DNA of 64,000 nucleotides from a virus (lineage: Duplodnaviria; Caudoviricetes): IMG/VR virus record IMGVR_UViG_3300029305_003320, positions 1-64,000 of that record, one strand, 5' to 3'. The translations under genes were made by a program, and so were the position numbers. Below, piece after piece: positions 29,831 through 38,443 of the stretch (its first letter is position 1; every line of letters begins with the position of its first letter). The notes under the pieces are model-generated. The model was not told the origin of the DNA. It ran no database searches and saw only the letters and a program-made list of their open reading frames with translations.

Positions 29831-29838
29831 GTAATATA
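29831..29838 (-). promoter_or_regulatory. Early promoter motif TATATTAC
   Basis: gtaatata on + strand. Confidence 0.65.
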
Positions 29839-29865
29839 TGCCTAAATAAGAGTTCAATTTTCCCA

Positions 29866-29872
29866 TTTTATG
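29866..29872 (+). promoter_or_regulatory. Late-type promoter motif TTTTATG
   Basis: ATTTTATGACTT upstream of the lipoprotein gene. Confidence 0.5.
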
Positions 29873-29895
29873 ACTTCTTTAAAGGAGAAACTTTT

Positions 29896-30081
29896 ATGAA
29901 AAAACTAAGTATCGTATCACTAATCGGGCTCGCAGTTGTGTTCTGTGGATGCTCGCCTTGCGCTGGTTGCAAATCAACCGGTGATAATAACAAACCAGTT
30001 GCACCTGAGACTTATCAGGATGGCGGAGCCCAGAAGGGAGATCCACAGCTTCCTGAACAGAAACCATGGTGGAAGTTTTAA
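29896..30081 (+). CDS. Small lipoprotein
   Basis: MKK plus hydrophobic stretch plus lipobox-like VFCG-C; AAAGGAG RBS. Confidence 0.65.
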   Translation: MKKLSIVSLIGLAVVFCGCSPCAGCKSTGDNNKPVAPETYQDGGAQKGDPQLPEQKPWWKF

Positions 30082-30096
30082 TGAGGAGAGTGTGTC

Positions 30097-30852
30097 ATGC
30101 TTAAATGGCTTATAAACCTATTTAGGTCTCAGGAAGCTATAGACAAAGAGACTATAGCTTCAATGAAAGGTAAGTACAAACTTGGATGCGTTGCAGTCCC
30201 TAAAGATTTTGGGACTCTTCCAAAACTTAGTTTTGGATCTACCAGGTTCCAGGCTCCTAAAACAGTAGACCTGAGGGACTACTGCACCCAGACTGAAAAT
30301 CAGGGTGATAAACCCTATTGTGCCGCGTATACAGCCGCAGGTTTTGCTGAAAATATCCTTTGGCGCAAGAATGACTATATCACTCAGATAGATCCTGTCG
30401 CTATCTACAAGCGCGCTAAACAGATCGATGGTGATCCCTATGGTGAAGGTACTTCTCTCACAGCAGTCCTTCAAGTTCTGCTTGAAAAAGGATACTTCAG
30501 CTCAAAAGAGTGCAGGATTCAGGTAATTGATAATGTATCCGGATTCGATAACTCTATCAAGTATGCTATCCACAAGTTTGGTTGCTGCTTGTTAGCATGC
30601 AACATAACTGAGGAATGGTACCTGTGCGGTAAGAATAAGACATCCATAACAGGCAAGTCTTATAACAATTCGCTTGGTGGTCACGCTATTCTCTGCTGTG
30701 GGTATAACGAAGATGGGGTTATTATTCATAACTCCTGGGGTGAAGAGTGGGGTCAGTATGGATTCGCTCTTATTACGTGGAGTGCTTTAAGAGCTCAGTT
30801 CCTCTATGCTGCTGTTCTTAGTAATGCGCTAAACAACATGGCGATTAAGTGA
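30097..30852 (+). CDS. Papain-family (C1A) cysteine peptidase
   Basis: ENQGDKPYCAAY (Q, catalytic C), GGHAILCCGY (H), IHNSWGEEWGQYGF (N). Confidence 0.9.
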   Translation: MLKWLINLFRSQEAIDKETIASMKGKYKLGCVAVPKDFGTLPKLSFGSTRFQAPKTVDLRDYCTQTENQGDKPYCAAYTAAGFAENILWRKNDYITQIDPVAIYKRAKQIDGDPYGEGTSLTAVLQVLLEKGYFSSKECRIQVIDNVSGFDNSIKYAIHKFGCCLLACNITEEWYLCGKNKTSITGKSYNNSLGGHAILCCGYNEDGVIIHNSWGEEWGQYGFALITWSALRAQFLYAAVLSNALNNMAIK

Positions 30853-30858
30853 GGGTTT

Positions 30859-31872
30859 ATGGACAAAATTCTACTTCAAGATGTAGGATCTGAGATTATC
30901 TCGGATGCTACAGAAGCTATTCAGATTAGGGATGATATGGTTGAGCTCGGATTCTCGTCTAAAGCTATCGACTATGTCTGCGCGGATCTGAAGCAGGCTA
31001 TAACCATCATTAGGAACAGTGGAATCAAGGGTTATATCTACATGGTTGACCATGATGACGCCATGGCCGATAGGTTTAATATTCCTAAGTACGAGGCGGG
31101 TCTTTCGGTTGAAGCGCTTAAGGAATGTGAAGATAGGCACCTTAATGCCGCCATAGAAGGCCTAGAGGAATATCTCACTAGGTTCGTTGAGTTAATTAAG
31201 ACGATCATTGAAAAACTCAAATCCTGGTGCAAGACTATTCTTTCGTTCAGGAAGTTCCATCTGGATTATATCTCTAAGAACCTTGAGAGACTCTCCATGC
31301 TTCAGCCGGATACCAAGGTTAGTGGAGTAATGGGATATAAGGATGCTAACAAACTTCTTAGTGCGATTGAAGAAGTTCACAAGTATGTGAAGAGCATACC
31401 AAACAATCCTAACACTCAGGTTTCTCAGAATGGAAATCTTTTAAAGGTAATGACAGATCTTTGTCTGTCGTATGAACCTGGAGAAGACGGTACGTTCTAT
31501 GTGAATAATGCTGTTGTAGGTATCTCTGAGAGGTATCCTATTAAAGAGTTGTGCACACTTACTGAAGCTGGATGGTCTGCATCTAGCGCTAAAGACTTCG
31601 CTAAGAAGTTAACACAGCAGGATTCGCAGAAGCAGTTCAATGAGATCATTGCAACTGCTGAACGTCACGGTAAGTACGTATCTGAGTTCCAGATTGATGT
31701 TGTCAAACAGGCGAAGGAACCCAAACGTGACAGCACAGCTGCTGCTATGGTTAGATCCCATGGTTCTGTGGTGCGCATGCTTAGTAAGTTTGCTACTGTA
31801 GAACACCAGGCAGTTCTGCATTGCTGCAAGACTGTCAGAGGACTGATATCGGTAACACCTCCAATGAAATAA
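30859..31872 (+). CDS. Inner head / ejection protein paralog
   Basis: NAAIEG followed by LEEYLTRFVELIKTIIEKLKSW; N-terminal region resembles ORF 27576. Confidence 0.6.
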   Translation: MDKILLQDVGSEIISDATEAIQIRDDMVELGFSSKAIDYVCADLKQAITIIRNSGIKGYIYMVDHDDAMADRFNIPKYEAGLSVEALKECEDRHLNAAIEGLEEYLTRFVELIKTIIEKLKSWCKTILSFRKFHLDYISKNLERLSMLQPDTKVSGVMGYKDANKLLSAIEEVHKYVKSIPNNPNTQVSQNGNLLKVMTDLCLSYEPGEDGTFYVNNAVVGISERYPIKELCTLTEAGWSASSAKDFAKKLTQQDSQKQFNEIIATAERHGKYVSEFQIDVVKQAKEPKRDSTAAAMVRSHGSVVRMLSKFATVEHQAVLHCCKTVRGLISVTPPMK

Positions 31873-31880
31873 AATACCCT

Positions 31881-31914
31881 CCTAGGAGACTCGGCTATAG
31901 CCGAGTCTCCTAGG
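31881..31914. terminator. 34-bp perfect palindrome between convergent genes
   Basis: cctaggagactcggcta-tagccgagtctcctagg. Confidence 0.8.
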
Positions 31915-31919
31915 TTGAG

Positions 31920-32438
31920 TTATTGCCCTGTAAGTGCGCAGAAAATCTTCTTTATGAAATCCCATCCGAAATAAGTTACTGTTCCTACTGCAGCACTTAT
32001 AGCAGCTGTGACTCCGTGTCTGAACTTCTTATGTTCGTTGGACTCTTCATTAAGAGCGTCTATTTCTTTCTGGGCAGACTTCCAAAGAGAATCCACTTTC
32101 TTTACATATTTGTTAAGCTCAAGTAAATTCTTCTTGTTGATAGCCAAACTACTTCCGTGCTTGTTGATCTTATCCTCACACTCAGCTACTCTCTGATGCA
32201 TACCTGTCACAGTATGAACTATGAGCTGAATATGATCCATAGTACTGCCTATTAAGGTAGTTATACGACAGAGTCTGGAATTGCAGTTGTCATCCCATTT
32301 GGTTATAGACCCTTTAAGCTCGTCTATCTCTTTTTGTAGACCGTCACACTTATCGGTTAGAGATTTCTTGACTTGCTCTATCTTCTTAGATAGCTCGTCA
32401 AGCTCATCTCTAGGAGTGGGCTGTGGGGTATCACTCAC
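31920..32438 (-). CDS. Coiled-coil protein with C-terminal hydrophobic segment
   Basis: Heptad-rich body; GVTAAISAAVGTVTYFGWDFI near the C-terminus. Confidence 0.6.
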   Translation of the reverse strand: MSDTPQPTPRDELDELSKKIEQVKKSLTDKCDGLQKEIDELKGSITKWDDNCNSRLCRITTLIGSTMDHIQLIVHTVTGMHQRVAECEDKINKHGSSLAINKKNLLELNKYVKKVDSLWKSAQKEIDALNEESNEHKKFRHGVTAAISAAVGTVTYFGWDFIKKIFCALTGQ

Positions 32439-32456
32439 GGCTTACCTCCTTGTTAA

Positions 32457-33329
32457 TTACTTGGCTTTAGCGTACAGAGTGTTCACGCACAGGACGTAGT
32501 TGTGTTCTAAAGCCATTTGACGAGTGGCTGCCATACCGTAGGCATTGTATATCAATGCGATGTCCTTAGCAACCGTGGAAATGTTGTTGATGTCTTTGGC
32601 AGTGACGGGAGGATTGTCTACATCTATTACAGAAGTGATAGATTTAAGAAGTTTCTCCATTTCGTCAATAGACTTAGTTATACCATTTACGTCCTGCAGA
32701 CGATACTCATTTGCAATAAGTGTGTTGCGGACTTCAACCCACTCCTCTATTGTAAGGAATGCTCTGTCAAATGAAATCTTGGTCATCTTGGGGCCACTGA
32801 ACTGTCCCATGCAGAGATCGATTGCGGGCTTAGCTGTCTTAACTATGCCCTCTACAAGGTTAGCAGTAGTGTCAGCCTGATCTGGAAGCTTGTCGTCTCC
32901 AGAATTAAGCGAGTTCATTATCTCACGGAACGAGATAAGCACCAACTTTCCAGTGTTTACAGCGTTAAGCTTCATGTAGACGGCAATAAGAGAATCTACT
33001 GCTTTCTTATAGGTATCCTTCATGTTGGACGGGCAGTCTACCATAACCTCAACAAGTTTCTCATAAGGGAGCTTATCGACAATGCGGGTCTTCATCGTAT
33101 TAGATGCATAGAACTCGTGTAGTTCGCTTCTCTTAAGAGATTTGGTGAATCTGGTCATGTTAGTTCCGAAGGTCTTAAATAGCCCGCCTATACCGTCGCA
33201 GATGGCTACGAACATCCTACCAACGATATTGGAGTTGAGCCCTTCTACTGCACCTACCTCAAGTCCTTCTGCAGCATAAACCTCTTCGATTTTAGCGCAT
33301 ACGGACTTATAGAATTCTAGTTCGTTCAT
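32457..33329 (-). CDS. Inner head-like virion protein
   Basis: Start refined to MNELEF; GAVEG followed by an amphipathic helix; TTTTATG motif upstream. Confidence 0.55.
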   Translation of the reverse strand: MNELEFYKSVCAKIEEVYAAEGLEVGAVEGLNSNIVGRMFVAICDGIGGLFKTFGTNMTRFTKSLKRSELHEFYASNTMKTRIVDKLPYEKLVEVMVDCPSNMKDTYKKAVDSLIAVYMKLNAVNTGKLVLISFREIMNSLNSGDDKLPDQADTTANLVEGIVKTAKPAIDLCMGQFSGPKMTKISFDRAFLTIEEWVEVRNTLIANEYRLQDVNGITKSIDEMEKLLKSITSVIDVDNPPVTAKDINNISTVAKDIALIYNAYGMAATRQMALEHNYVLCVNTLYAKAK

Positions 33330-33356
33330 GGTATAAATTCCTATGTTATTAAAAGT

Positions 33357-33363
33357 CATAAAA
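33357..33363 (-). promoter_or_regulatory. Late-type promoter motif TTTTATG
   Basis: cataaaa on + strand (ATTTTATGACTT on -). Confidence 0.5.
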
Positions 33364-33371
33364 TGGCAAAA

Positions 33372-33399
33372 AGAAGACGACCTATATAGGTCGTCTTCT
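33372..33399. terminator. 28-bp perfect palindrome
   Basis: agaagacgacctat-ataggtcgtcttct, preceded by caaaa. Confidence 0.75.
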
Positions 33400-33404
33400 A
33401 TTCT

Positions 33405-33959
33405 CTACACCTCAATGCAGATATCGTTGTAGATATAGAAATCCAGTACGAATTTGGCTATCTTGTTGCGAATGGTTTCACGCACTATCTGCATGTCATT
33501 GAACACGTCATTGATAGGCGCAATAACGAACTTTTTGTTCTCGCCGATCTTTTCATAGCAGTCAGGTTTGAGTCCCTGGATCTCGGATTCCTTGATCTCG
33601 CAGCTGGTTGTGGCGGCAGCATGCGCTCTCATCATCGCATCTGTTAGATCGCACAATATCTTATCGGCGTATTTGTTACGCCCTATCTCAAAGGCTTCCT
33701 TAAGATCAAACTGACTGACAGTGTCTGGATTATACTCCCCTCTTACAAAGAGGATGGTAGACTCCTGATACCATGTTTTTGGTTTCGTGTCAGGATCGGA
33801 CCGAATACTAATCACATAATCTGTGGTTCCCTCTTCATTTTTCCGTCTGCCGATGACGGTGATAGAGAGGTTCTCATGAGTGAGCTGAACGTCAAGGACG
33901 TTAACACTACCCATTATACACTCAATATCGTATCTTTCTAGTGTGCTTAGATTGTACAT
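33405..33959 (-). CDS. Hypothetical early protein
   Basis: 184 aa, AAGGAG RBS, TATATTAC upstream. Confidence 0.75.
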   Translation of the reverse strand: MYNLSTLERYDIECIMGSVNVLDVQLTHENLSITVIGRRKNEEGTTDYVISIRSDPDTKPKTWYQESTILFVRGEYNPDTVSQFDLKEAFEIGRNKYADKILCDLTDAMMRAHAAATTSCEIKESEIQGLKPDCYEKIGENKKFVIAPINDVFNDMQIVRETIRNKIAKFVLDFYIYNDICIEV

Positions 33960-33991
33960 AAGTACTCCTTTTGTTGATTGTTACTATACTG

Positions 33992-33999
33992 GTAATATA
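33992..33999 (-). promoter_or_regulatory. Early promoter motif TATATTAC within a 14-bp palindrome
   Basis: GGTAATATATTACC at 33991-34004. Confidence 0.65.
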
Positions 34000-34040
34000 T
34001 TACCAAAAAGAAGACCGCCTTGCGGCAGCCTTCCCGCATC

Positions 34041-34298
34041 CTACTGGATGCAGCGATTGAGGAAATCCCCAACATCGTCGGAGATCTTCTCAACCACAAT
34101 CTGGTTGCCAGCCGTATTTGGCTGGTCGAATCTGGCCTTCAGAACCTTGATATGCCCCTTAAGGGCTATCACAATGACGGCTTCTCCGTCGGTAAGACCT
34201 GCCTCGATGGTCTCGGCCACCGTATGCTCTTTCTCACCAATGTTGATGCCGTCGCTGTTAAATCCAGGGACCGGAGTCCATCCGCTTGTGTTTGTCAT
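34041..34298 (-). CDS. Small hypothetical early protein
   Basis: Start refined to MTNTSGW (AAAGGA RBS; promoter variant TATATCAC at 34335-34342). Confidence 0.7.
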   Translation of the reverse strand: MTNTSGWTPVPGFNSDGINIGEKEHTVAETIEAGLTDGEAVIVIALKGHIKVLKARFDQPNTAGNQIVVEKISDDVGDFLNRCIQ

Positions 34299-34485
34299 AA
34301 CTAATTCCTTTCTTTGTTTGGTTAGACTATGCAGGTGATATATAAGTGAAATGGTTTGATCTACATGTTTTGATTTACAATGTGACACATTCTTATGTGT
34401 GTGAACAAAAAGAAGAGAAGCTCTGGACCTCTCTTCTTGCGTATTGGTCACGTACAAAAGAACGCATACCTAATGGCACAATCGG

Positions 34486-34602
34486 CTACTTGCCTATTCG
34501 GCTCAGCAACCATCCGATAATGGGCGGCGTAACAAGCCTGGCAATTTCTGCTAGGCAATATACCACTGTCCAGAACGGATCTGCGTCAATAGATTGCGAC
34601 AT
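34486..34602 (-). CDS. 38-aa hydrophobic microprotein
   Basis: AAGGAG RBS; MSQSIDADPFWTVVYCLAEIARLVTPPIIGWLLSRIGK. Confidence 0.55.
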   Translation of the reverse strand: MSQSIDADPFWTVVYCLAEIARLVTPPIIGWLLSRIGK

Positions 34603-34705
34603 GTTTGTATCGCTCCTTACTTGCATTGTAAGGTACAAAGACCACACCACTCGGTGTGTACTATCTTTGTAACCAAGGGAATGATATATACATGAAACGG
34701 ACGAT

Positions 34706-34741
34706 CTACACCTCCACGGCATCACTGCCGTGGAGGTGTAG
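34706..34741. terminator. Long perfect hairpin
   Basis: ctacacctccacggca-tcac-tgccgtggaggtgtag. Confidence 0.75.
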
Positions 34742-34749
34742 GTTTGTCT

Positions 34750-35562
34750 TTATACCCATTCGTAGTTCCAAACTACATATTCTGTTCCACCGTACCATTT
34801 ATAGACTCTGTCTTTATCTAGTGTACGGACTTTACCTATTTGCTCATAGGTATCTCCTCTGGAAGGATCATACCAGTTCACTATAAAAACTTCGCCTTTT
34901 TTGCTGGCAATAAGTCTTAGGAATCCGAGTATAGATCCTGTAGCCGGGCTTCTGATGGTTCCTCCTTTTTCAAAATCCAGATGGAACTTCTCTTCACTTT
35001 TATCGAATGTGGCTTTAATTAGATCTTTGTCTGGAGTTTTATTATCAGATCTAACGAGTATAACTTGTTTAGCCCTTTTCGTGAGATAATCGGACTTGGC
35101 GGCCAGTTTTAGTCTTTGTGCTGTGGCATCCAGTAAGTAGATCTCGCCTCGTATATTAACAAGATTAAAAACATGACCGCTTCCGGACTCCCATGTGGCG
35201 GAAATAATAGCTCTTGATCCGTCACCCCATTTTTTCATAGTGTTTTCAGTTCTGTTGAATATATCTTTACCTGATATAACAACAGGATCTATCTTTTTGA
35301 ACAAGTGCCACATTGCATGAGGAGACTTACTACCTTTAGGGACATCGAACACTCTGTCCCATGGCGTGTCGGTGATAGTTACTTCCTTGTCAACGCCTCT
35401 GTATTTGAGTTCCAACGCAGCTGCGAACTTCTGACAATTGTTGCCCACTTTGTATTTGCTAAGTTCCTTAAGGAATTGCTTAGCTTTCTTGATTTCTGGC
35501 GGATCGTCACCAGATGCATCTGTAGACTTATTCTCTACACTTATGCCAAAGTTAACTCTCAT
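34750..35562 (-). CDS. Papain-fold toxin (Tox-PL / glutamine deamidase-like) domain protein with MRVNFG leader
   Basis: NNCQKFA (C), WESGSGHVFNLVN (H), IYLLDAT (D), GDGSRAII; N-terminal MRVNFGISVE. Confidence 0.7.
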   Translation of the reverse strand: MRVNFGISVENKSTDASGDDPPEIKKAKQFLKELSKYKVGNNCQKFAAALELKYRGVDKEVTITDTPWDRVFDVPKGSKSPHAMWHLFKKIDPVVISGKDIFNRTENTMKKWGDGSRAIISATWESGSGHVFNLVNIRGEIYLLDATAQRLKLAAKSDYLTKRAKQVILVRSDNKTPDKDLIKATFDKSEEKFHLDFEKGGTIRSPATGSILGFLRLIASKKGEVFIVNWYDPSRGDTYEQIGKVRTLDKDRVYKWYGGTEYVVWNYEWV

Positions 35563-35605
35563 TGCACCACCTATACCTTACAAAGACATTCGTAGTCTTT
35601 ATTCA

Positions 35606-35851
35606 TTATTTTAACAAGCGCAGACTGTAAAGTAAGTGAAGTATATTCACTGGTGAGAATTTCACAGTGAATCTGTCTGACGGATCTCTTCCGTCACTCT
35701 TGCATGTGGATAATTCTTTATCAAACTTATGCTTTATTTCTGATATCTCACTGTGATCATAATACTTTATCGCATTAAGAGCATCTTTTATTATATTCCA
35801 TAGTCCTTCAATCGATGCAGAATATGTTGGCACTCCGAAGTCTACTTTCAT
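35606..35851 (-). CDS. Short inner-head-like protein with MKVDFG leader
   Basis: MKVDFGVPTYSASIEG-LWNIIKDAL; AAAAGGAG RBS. Confidence 0.65.
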   Translation of the reverse strand: MKVDFGVPTYSASIEGLWNIIKDALNAIKYYDHSEISEIKHKFDKELSTCKSDGRDPSDRFTVKFSPVNILHLLYSLRLLK

Positions 35852-35909
35852 TTCAAGTTCTCCTTTTAAGATGGTTACATGGTCAAAAGAGAGACAACAC
35901 TTAAAGGTA

Positions 35910-35945
35910 AGTTACAGAGTGCGGGGCATCCCGCACTCTGTAACT
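35910..35945. terminator. Long perfect hairpin
   Basis: agttacagagtgcggg-gcat-cccgcactctgtaact. Confidence 0.75.
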
Positions 35946-35955
35946 ACATTCTAGT

Positions 35956-36528
35956 TTAGTCTTTCCGACGGGCAAGTGTTGATACCATGAATGCATCACA
36001 ACGAAATGCAAATTTGAACAGGTCAGCTGGCAATTCTGCAGAAACTCCGATTGGATTCTGTAGAGTATCTGATGCGTAACACATTGCAATTGGTGGCATT
36101 TCGATGAATCGAAATGCGTCCTTTGTTCCACGTCCTTCAACTTCCGTGAACTTAGGTTCGAACCCAATGTAGGTAAACCCGTTTAGTAATGTTTTCGCAT
36201 ATCCAAACATGCATTCATCAGTCACCGTCCACGTTGGTGGTGTAATCTCTTCAGGTTCGACATCACTTATATCGTACGCCTTGACATTGAGCTTGAGTCC
36301 GCCACCAACATCATGCTCTCTCTTTAAAAGCATCCTGATAGGCAGATACTTGTTGATATCGCTAACATATACTGTTAGTATAGCAGACTTATAATCAAAT
36401 GCCGTTGTAATAGCTGGTATTTGATCAAGTAGTGTGCGGATACGGTTGGCTGCTAGAACAACCGGGTTGGCTAGGTTCAGTTTTTCAGCAGCTGCCGCCT
36501 TGACGGACTTTCGTTTCTTCGTGGCCAT
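35956..36528 (-). CDS. Hypothetical protein
   Basis: 190 aa, AAAGGAG RBS. Confidence 0.75.
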   Translation of the reverse strand: MATKKRKSVKAAAAEKLNLANPVVLAANRIRTLLDQIPAITTAFDYKSAILTVYVSDINKYLPIRMLLKREHDVGGGLKLNVKAYDISDVEPEEITPPTWTVTDECMFGYAKTLLNGFTYIGFEPKFTEVEGRGTKDAFRFIEMPPIAMCYASDTLQNPIGVSAELPADLFKFAFRCDAFMVSTLARRKD

Positions 36529-36596
36529 GATACTCCTTTATGTTGTTTGTAGACATAACATCTACATTGCCTTTAATTTAAGACGGGATTTAGAAG

Positions 36597-37019
36597 CTAG
36601 ATGAGGACTAGACTGAGCTGCCATTTAGACAGTAGTCCCGAACTAACTATTTTCTTAATTGCACGTTCCGCACCGCCACGAGTTTTGTAGACCCTAATGC
36701 GATTGTTGTCGAACACAGGAAAACCTTTGCGCATCCCGCTATAATAACTAAGTTTGTTGGGATCATAATCGCCTTTGTTCCCACATGTAATTTTACCTGC
36801 AATTGCCCACCGACGACAATTGCGCGCAACCCAGATGAATCCCTTACGCGATATTCCGCTTGGAAGAAACGGAGCCGGAGGGTGTGAGTTACGAAGTATG
36901 CTTAGTGCTGAGCTAGTCATTACAAGTTCGTCGTATGTAAGGTGCTTCTTCTCCTTAGCGGCATTGATAGGTTTGCCTGATAGTTTTGGTACAGGGTTGA
37001 TAGATCGTTTCATTATCAT
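36597..37019 (-). CDS. Basic hypothetical early protein
   Basis: AAAGGA RBS; TATATTAC at 37064; exact start uncertain (37019 or 37013). Confidence 0.65.
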   Translation of the reverse strand: MIMKRSINPVPKLSGKPINAAKEKKHLTYDELVMTSSALSILRNSHPPAPFLPSGISRKGFIWVARNCRRWAIAGKITCGNKGDYDPNKLSYYSGMRKGFPVFDNNRIRVYKTRGGAERAIKKIVSSGLLSKWQLSLVLI

Positions 37020-37063
37020 TTCCTTTTTCATTGTGATGGTTGTAACTATTACAACTCATATAA

Positions 37064-37071
37064 GTAATATA
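37064..37071 (-). promoter_or_regulatory. Early promoter motif TATATTAC
   Basis: gtaatata on + strand. Confidence 0.65.
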
Positions 37072-37092
37072 TTTCTAAAATTATAATAAATG

Positions 37093-37123
37093 GGCATCTC
37101 CTGGGCTATACCCAGGAGATGCC
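37093..37123. terminator. Hairpin
   Basis: ggcatctcctggg-ctata-cccaggagatgcc. Confidence 0.75.
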
Positions 37124-37128
37124 GAGTT

Positions 37129-37857
37129 TTATAGTTTGCGCAGTTGTTTGTCCGTGTAAAACAGGAAATAATCAATAATCGAATATAGCTTAATTGCCAT
37201 TCTCGAGTATGTATAGAACGAACTAAAGTTTCCTATCTTGTCAGTCCTGGCTCCTGTGTCGAATGCTTTCTGCCCTTTGTACACTTTGTTAGCCATGCTG
37301 GCTTCCTTAGTGCTCTTAATCATGGTTTCCCATTTTGCAGATTTTAAAGTGTCCATGTGACTAGCAGCCCCGCGCCTAAAATCTTTGGCTATACTTGTCA
37401 CGGTTGACACAGAAAGTCCCATGTCTACATAAGTCCTGTCTTTGTAGCATAGTCTACGTTTTAAAGCGTCATCTTTCTCCTCTGTTATGAGGACAAAGTT
37501 TGACATGTTCTTATCCAAGTCACCCCTTATATTGTTGAGCCTGCCCACCAGGTCGGAATACAACTTATCAGAGTCGTTAGACTTAATCTCAGCGCGTTTT
37601 ACGGCGTCAAAATTGTCAACCATGAACTTGGTTACAACTTCTGTAAATTTAGTTGCTTGGATAAGTATGTCACCTTTAGGGCAGTAGAAGTCAATGGTTC
37701 TTCTTTCAAACTTGGCTCTCTGTTCGGGTTTTAGTGTTATAAGACTCTTGATAAGACCATCTATGATGTGTGCAGATTTACTATCTCTTGTAAAGGTGTG
37801 CTGGAGCTTTGTCCAGAATCCCTCACATGAGGGTTCTATTCCAAAATTAACCCTCAT
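37129..37857 (-). CDS. Inner-head-like protein with MRVNFG leader
   Basis: MRVNFGIEPSCEG-FWTKLQHTF. Confidence 0.65.
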   Translation of the reverse strand: MRVNFGIEPSCEGFWTKLQHTFTRDSKSAHIIDGLIKSLITLKPEQRAKFERRTIDFYCPKGDILIQATKFTEVVTKFMVDNFDAVKRAEIKSNDSDKLYSDLVGRLNNIRGDLDKNMSNFVLITEEKDDALKRRLCYKDRTYVDMGLSVSTVTSIAKDFRRGAASHMDTLKSAKWETMIKSTKEASMANKVYKGQKAFDTGARTDKIGNFSSFYTYSRMAIKLYSIIDYFLFYTDKQLRKL

Positions 37858-38443
37858 GATTCTTGCCCTCCTTCATGATGTAAGCATAATGCTCCTCATT
37901 TGTCATACCGAACCACTGCTTACATTTCTTATCTGACTCGGCTTTCATTGCTTCAGACATGAGTTTCCAATTGTTGTGTACTCTAGTCTGCTCAGCATTG
38001 TCTGGCTCTTTGTGGATCAACTCTATACCTGTCTGAGCTCTCCATGCATGAACCTTGTCATTCTTAAGTTTCTCGTAAACCTTTTCAGGATAGTGCTCTT
38101 TGATATAAGACAATTTGTAAGGTCTTTCATACTTACTCTTCTTTAGAGTTAGTACGAGTATCTTAGGATACTTCTTAAGGATTTCTATCTGTTTATTAGT
38201 GAGCTGTTTGTAGTAAGGACTATCTTCAACTCTAGAAATCTCTCTAGCACCAACTATCTCAAAACAGTGATTGCTGTCGATAGCTTCTGCATAGACGTAG
38301 TCACCTTTTTGGAACTTGGCTGCGTCAGAACTGACTCTATGTGTGATAATAGTAGTTTGTTTCTTAAGAGAATCTATTTCGGATTTAGGGAATGATATAT
38401 CCTTAACTACAACTCCGCTGCGTTCTCCAAAATTGACTTTCAT
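37847..38443 (-). CDS. Two-domain hypothetical protein with MKVNFG leader
   Basis: N-terminal ASCH/PUA-like pattern (THRVSSD..KFQKGDYV); C-terminal VHAWRAQTGIELIHKEP...FGMTNEEHY segment recalled from phage hypotheticals. Confidence 0.55.
   Translation of the reverse strand: MKVNFGERSGVVVKDISFPKSEIDSLKKQTTIITHRVSSDAAKFQKGDYVYAEAIDSNHCFEIVGAREISRVEDSPYYKQLTNKQIEILKKYPKILVLTLKKSKYERPYKLSYIKEHYPEKVYEKLKNDKVHAWRAQTGIELIHKEPDNAEQTRVHNNWKLMSEAMKAESDKKCKQWFGMTNEEHYAYIMKEGKNHEG

Noticed and set aside
29896-32438. Lipoprotein plus coiled-coil protein as a spanin pair
   Set aside because: The coiled-coil protein has its hydrophobic segment at the C-terminus, is on the opposite strand and is not adjacent; i-spanins have an N-terminal anchor
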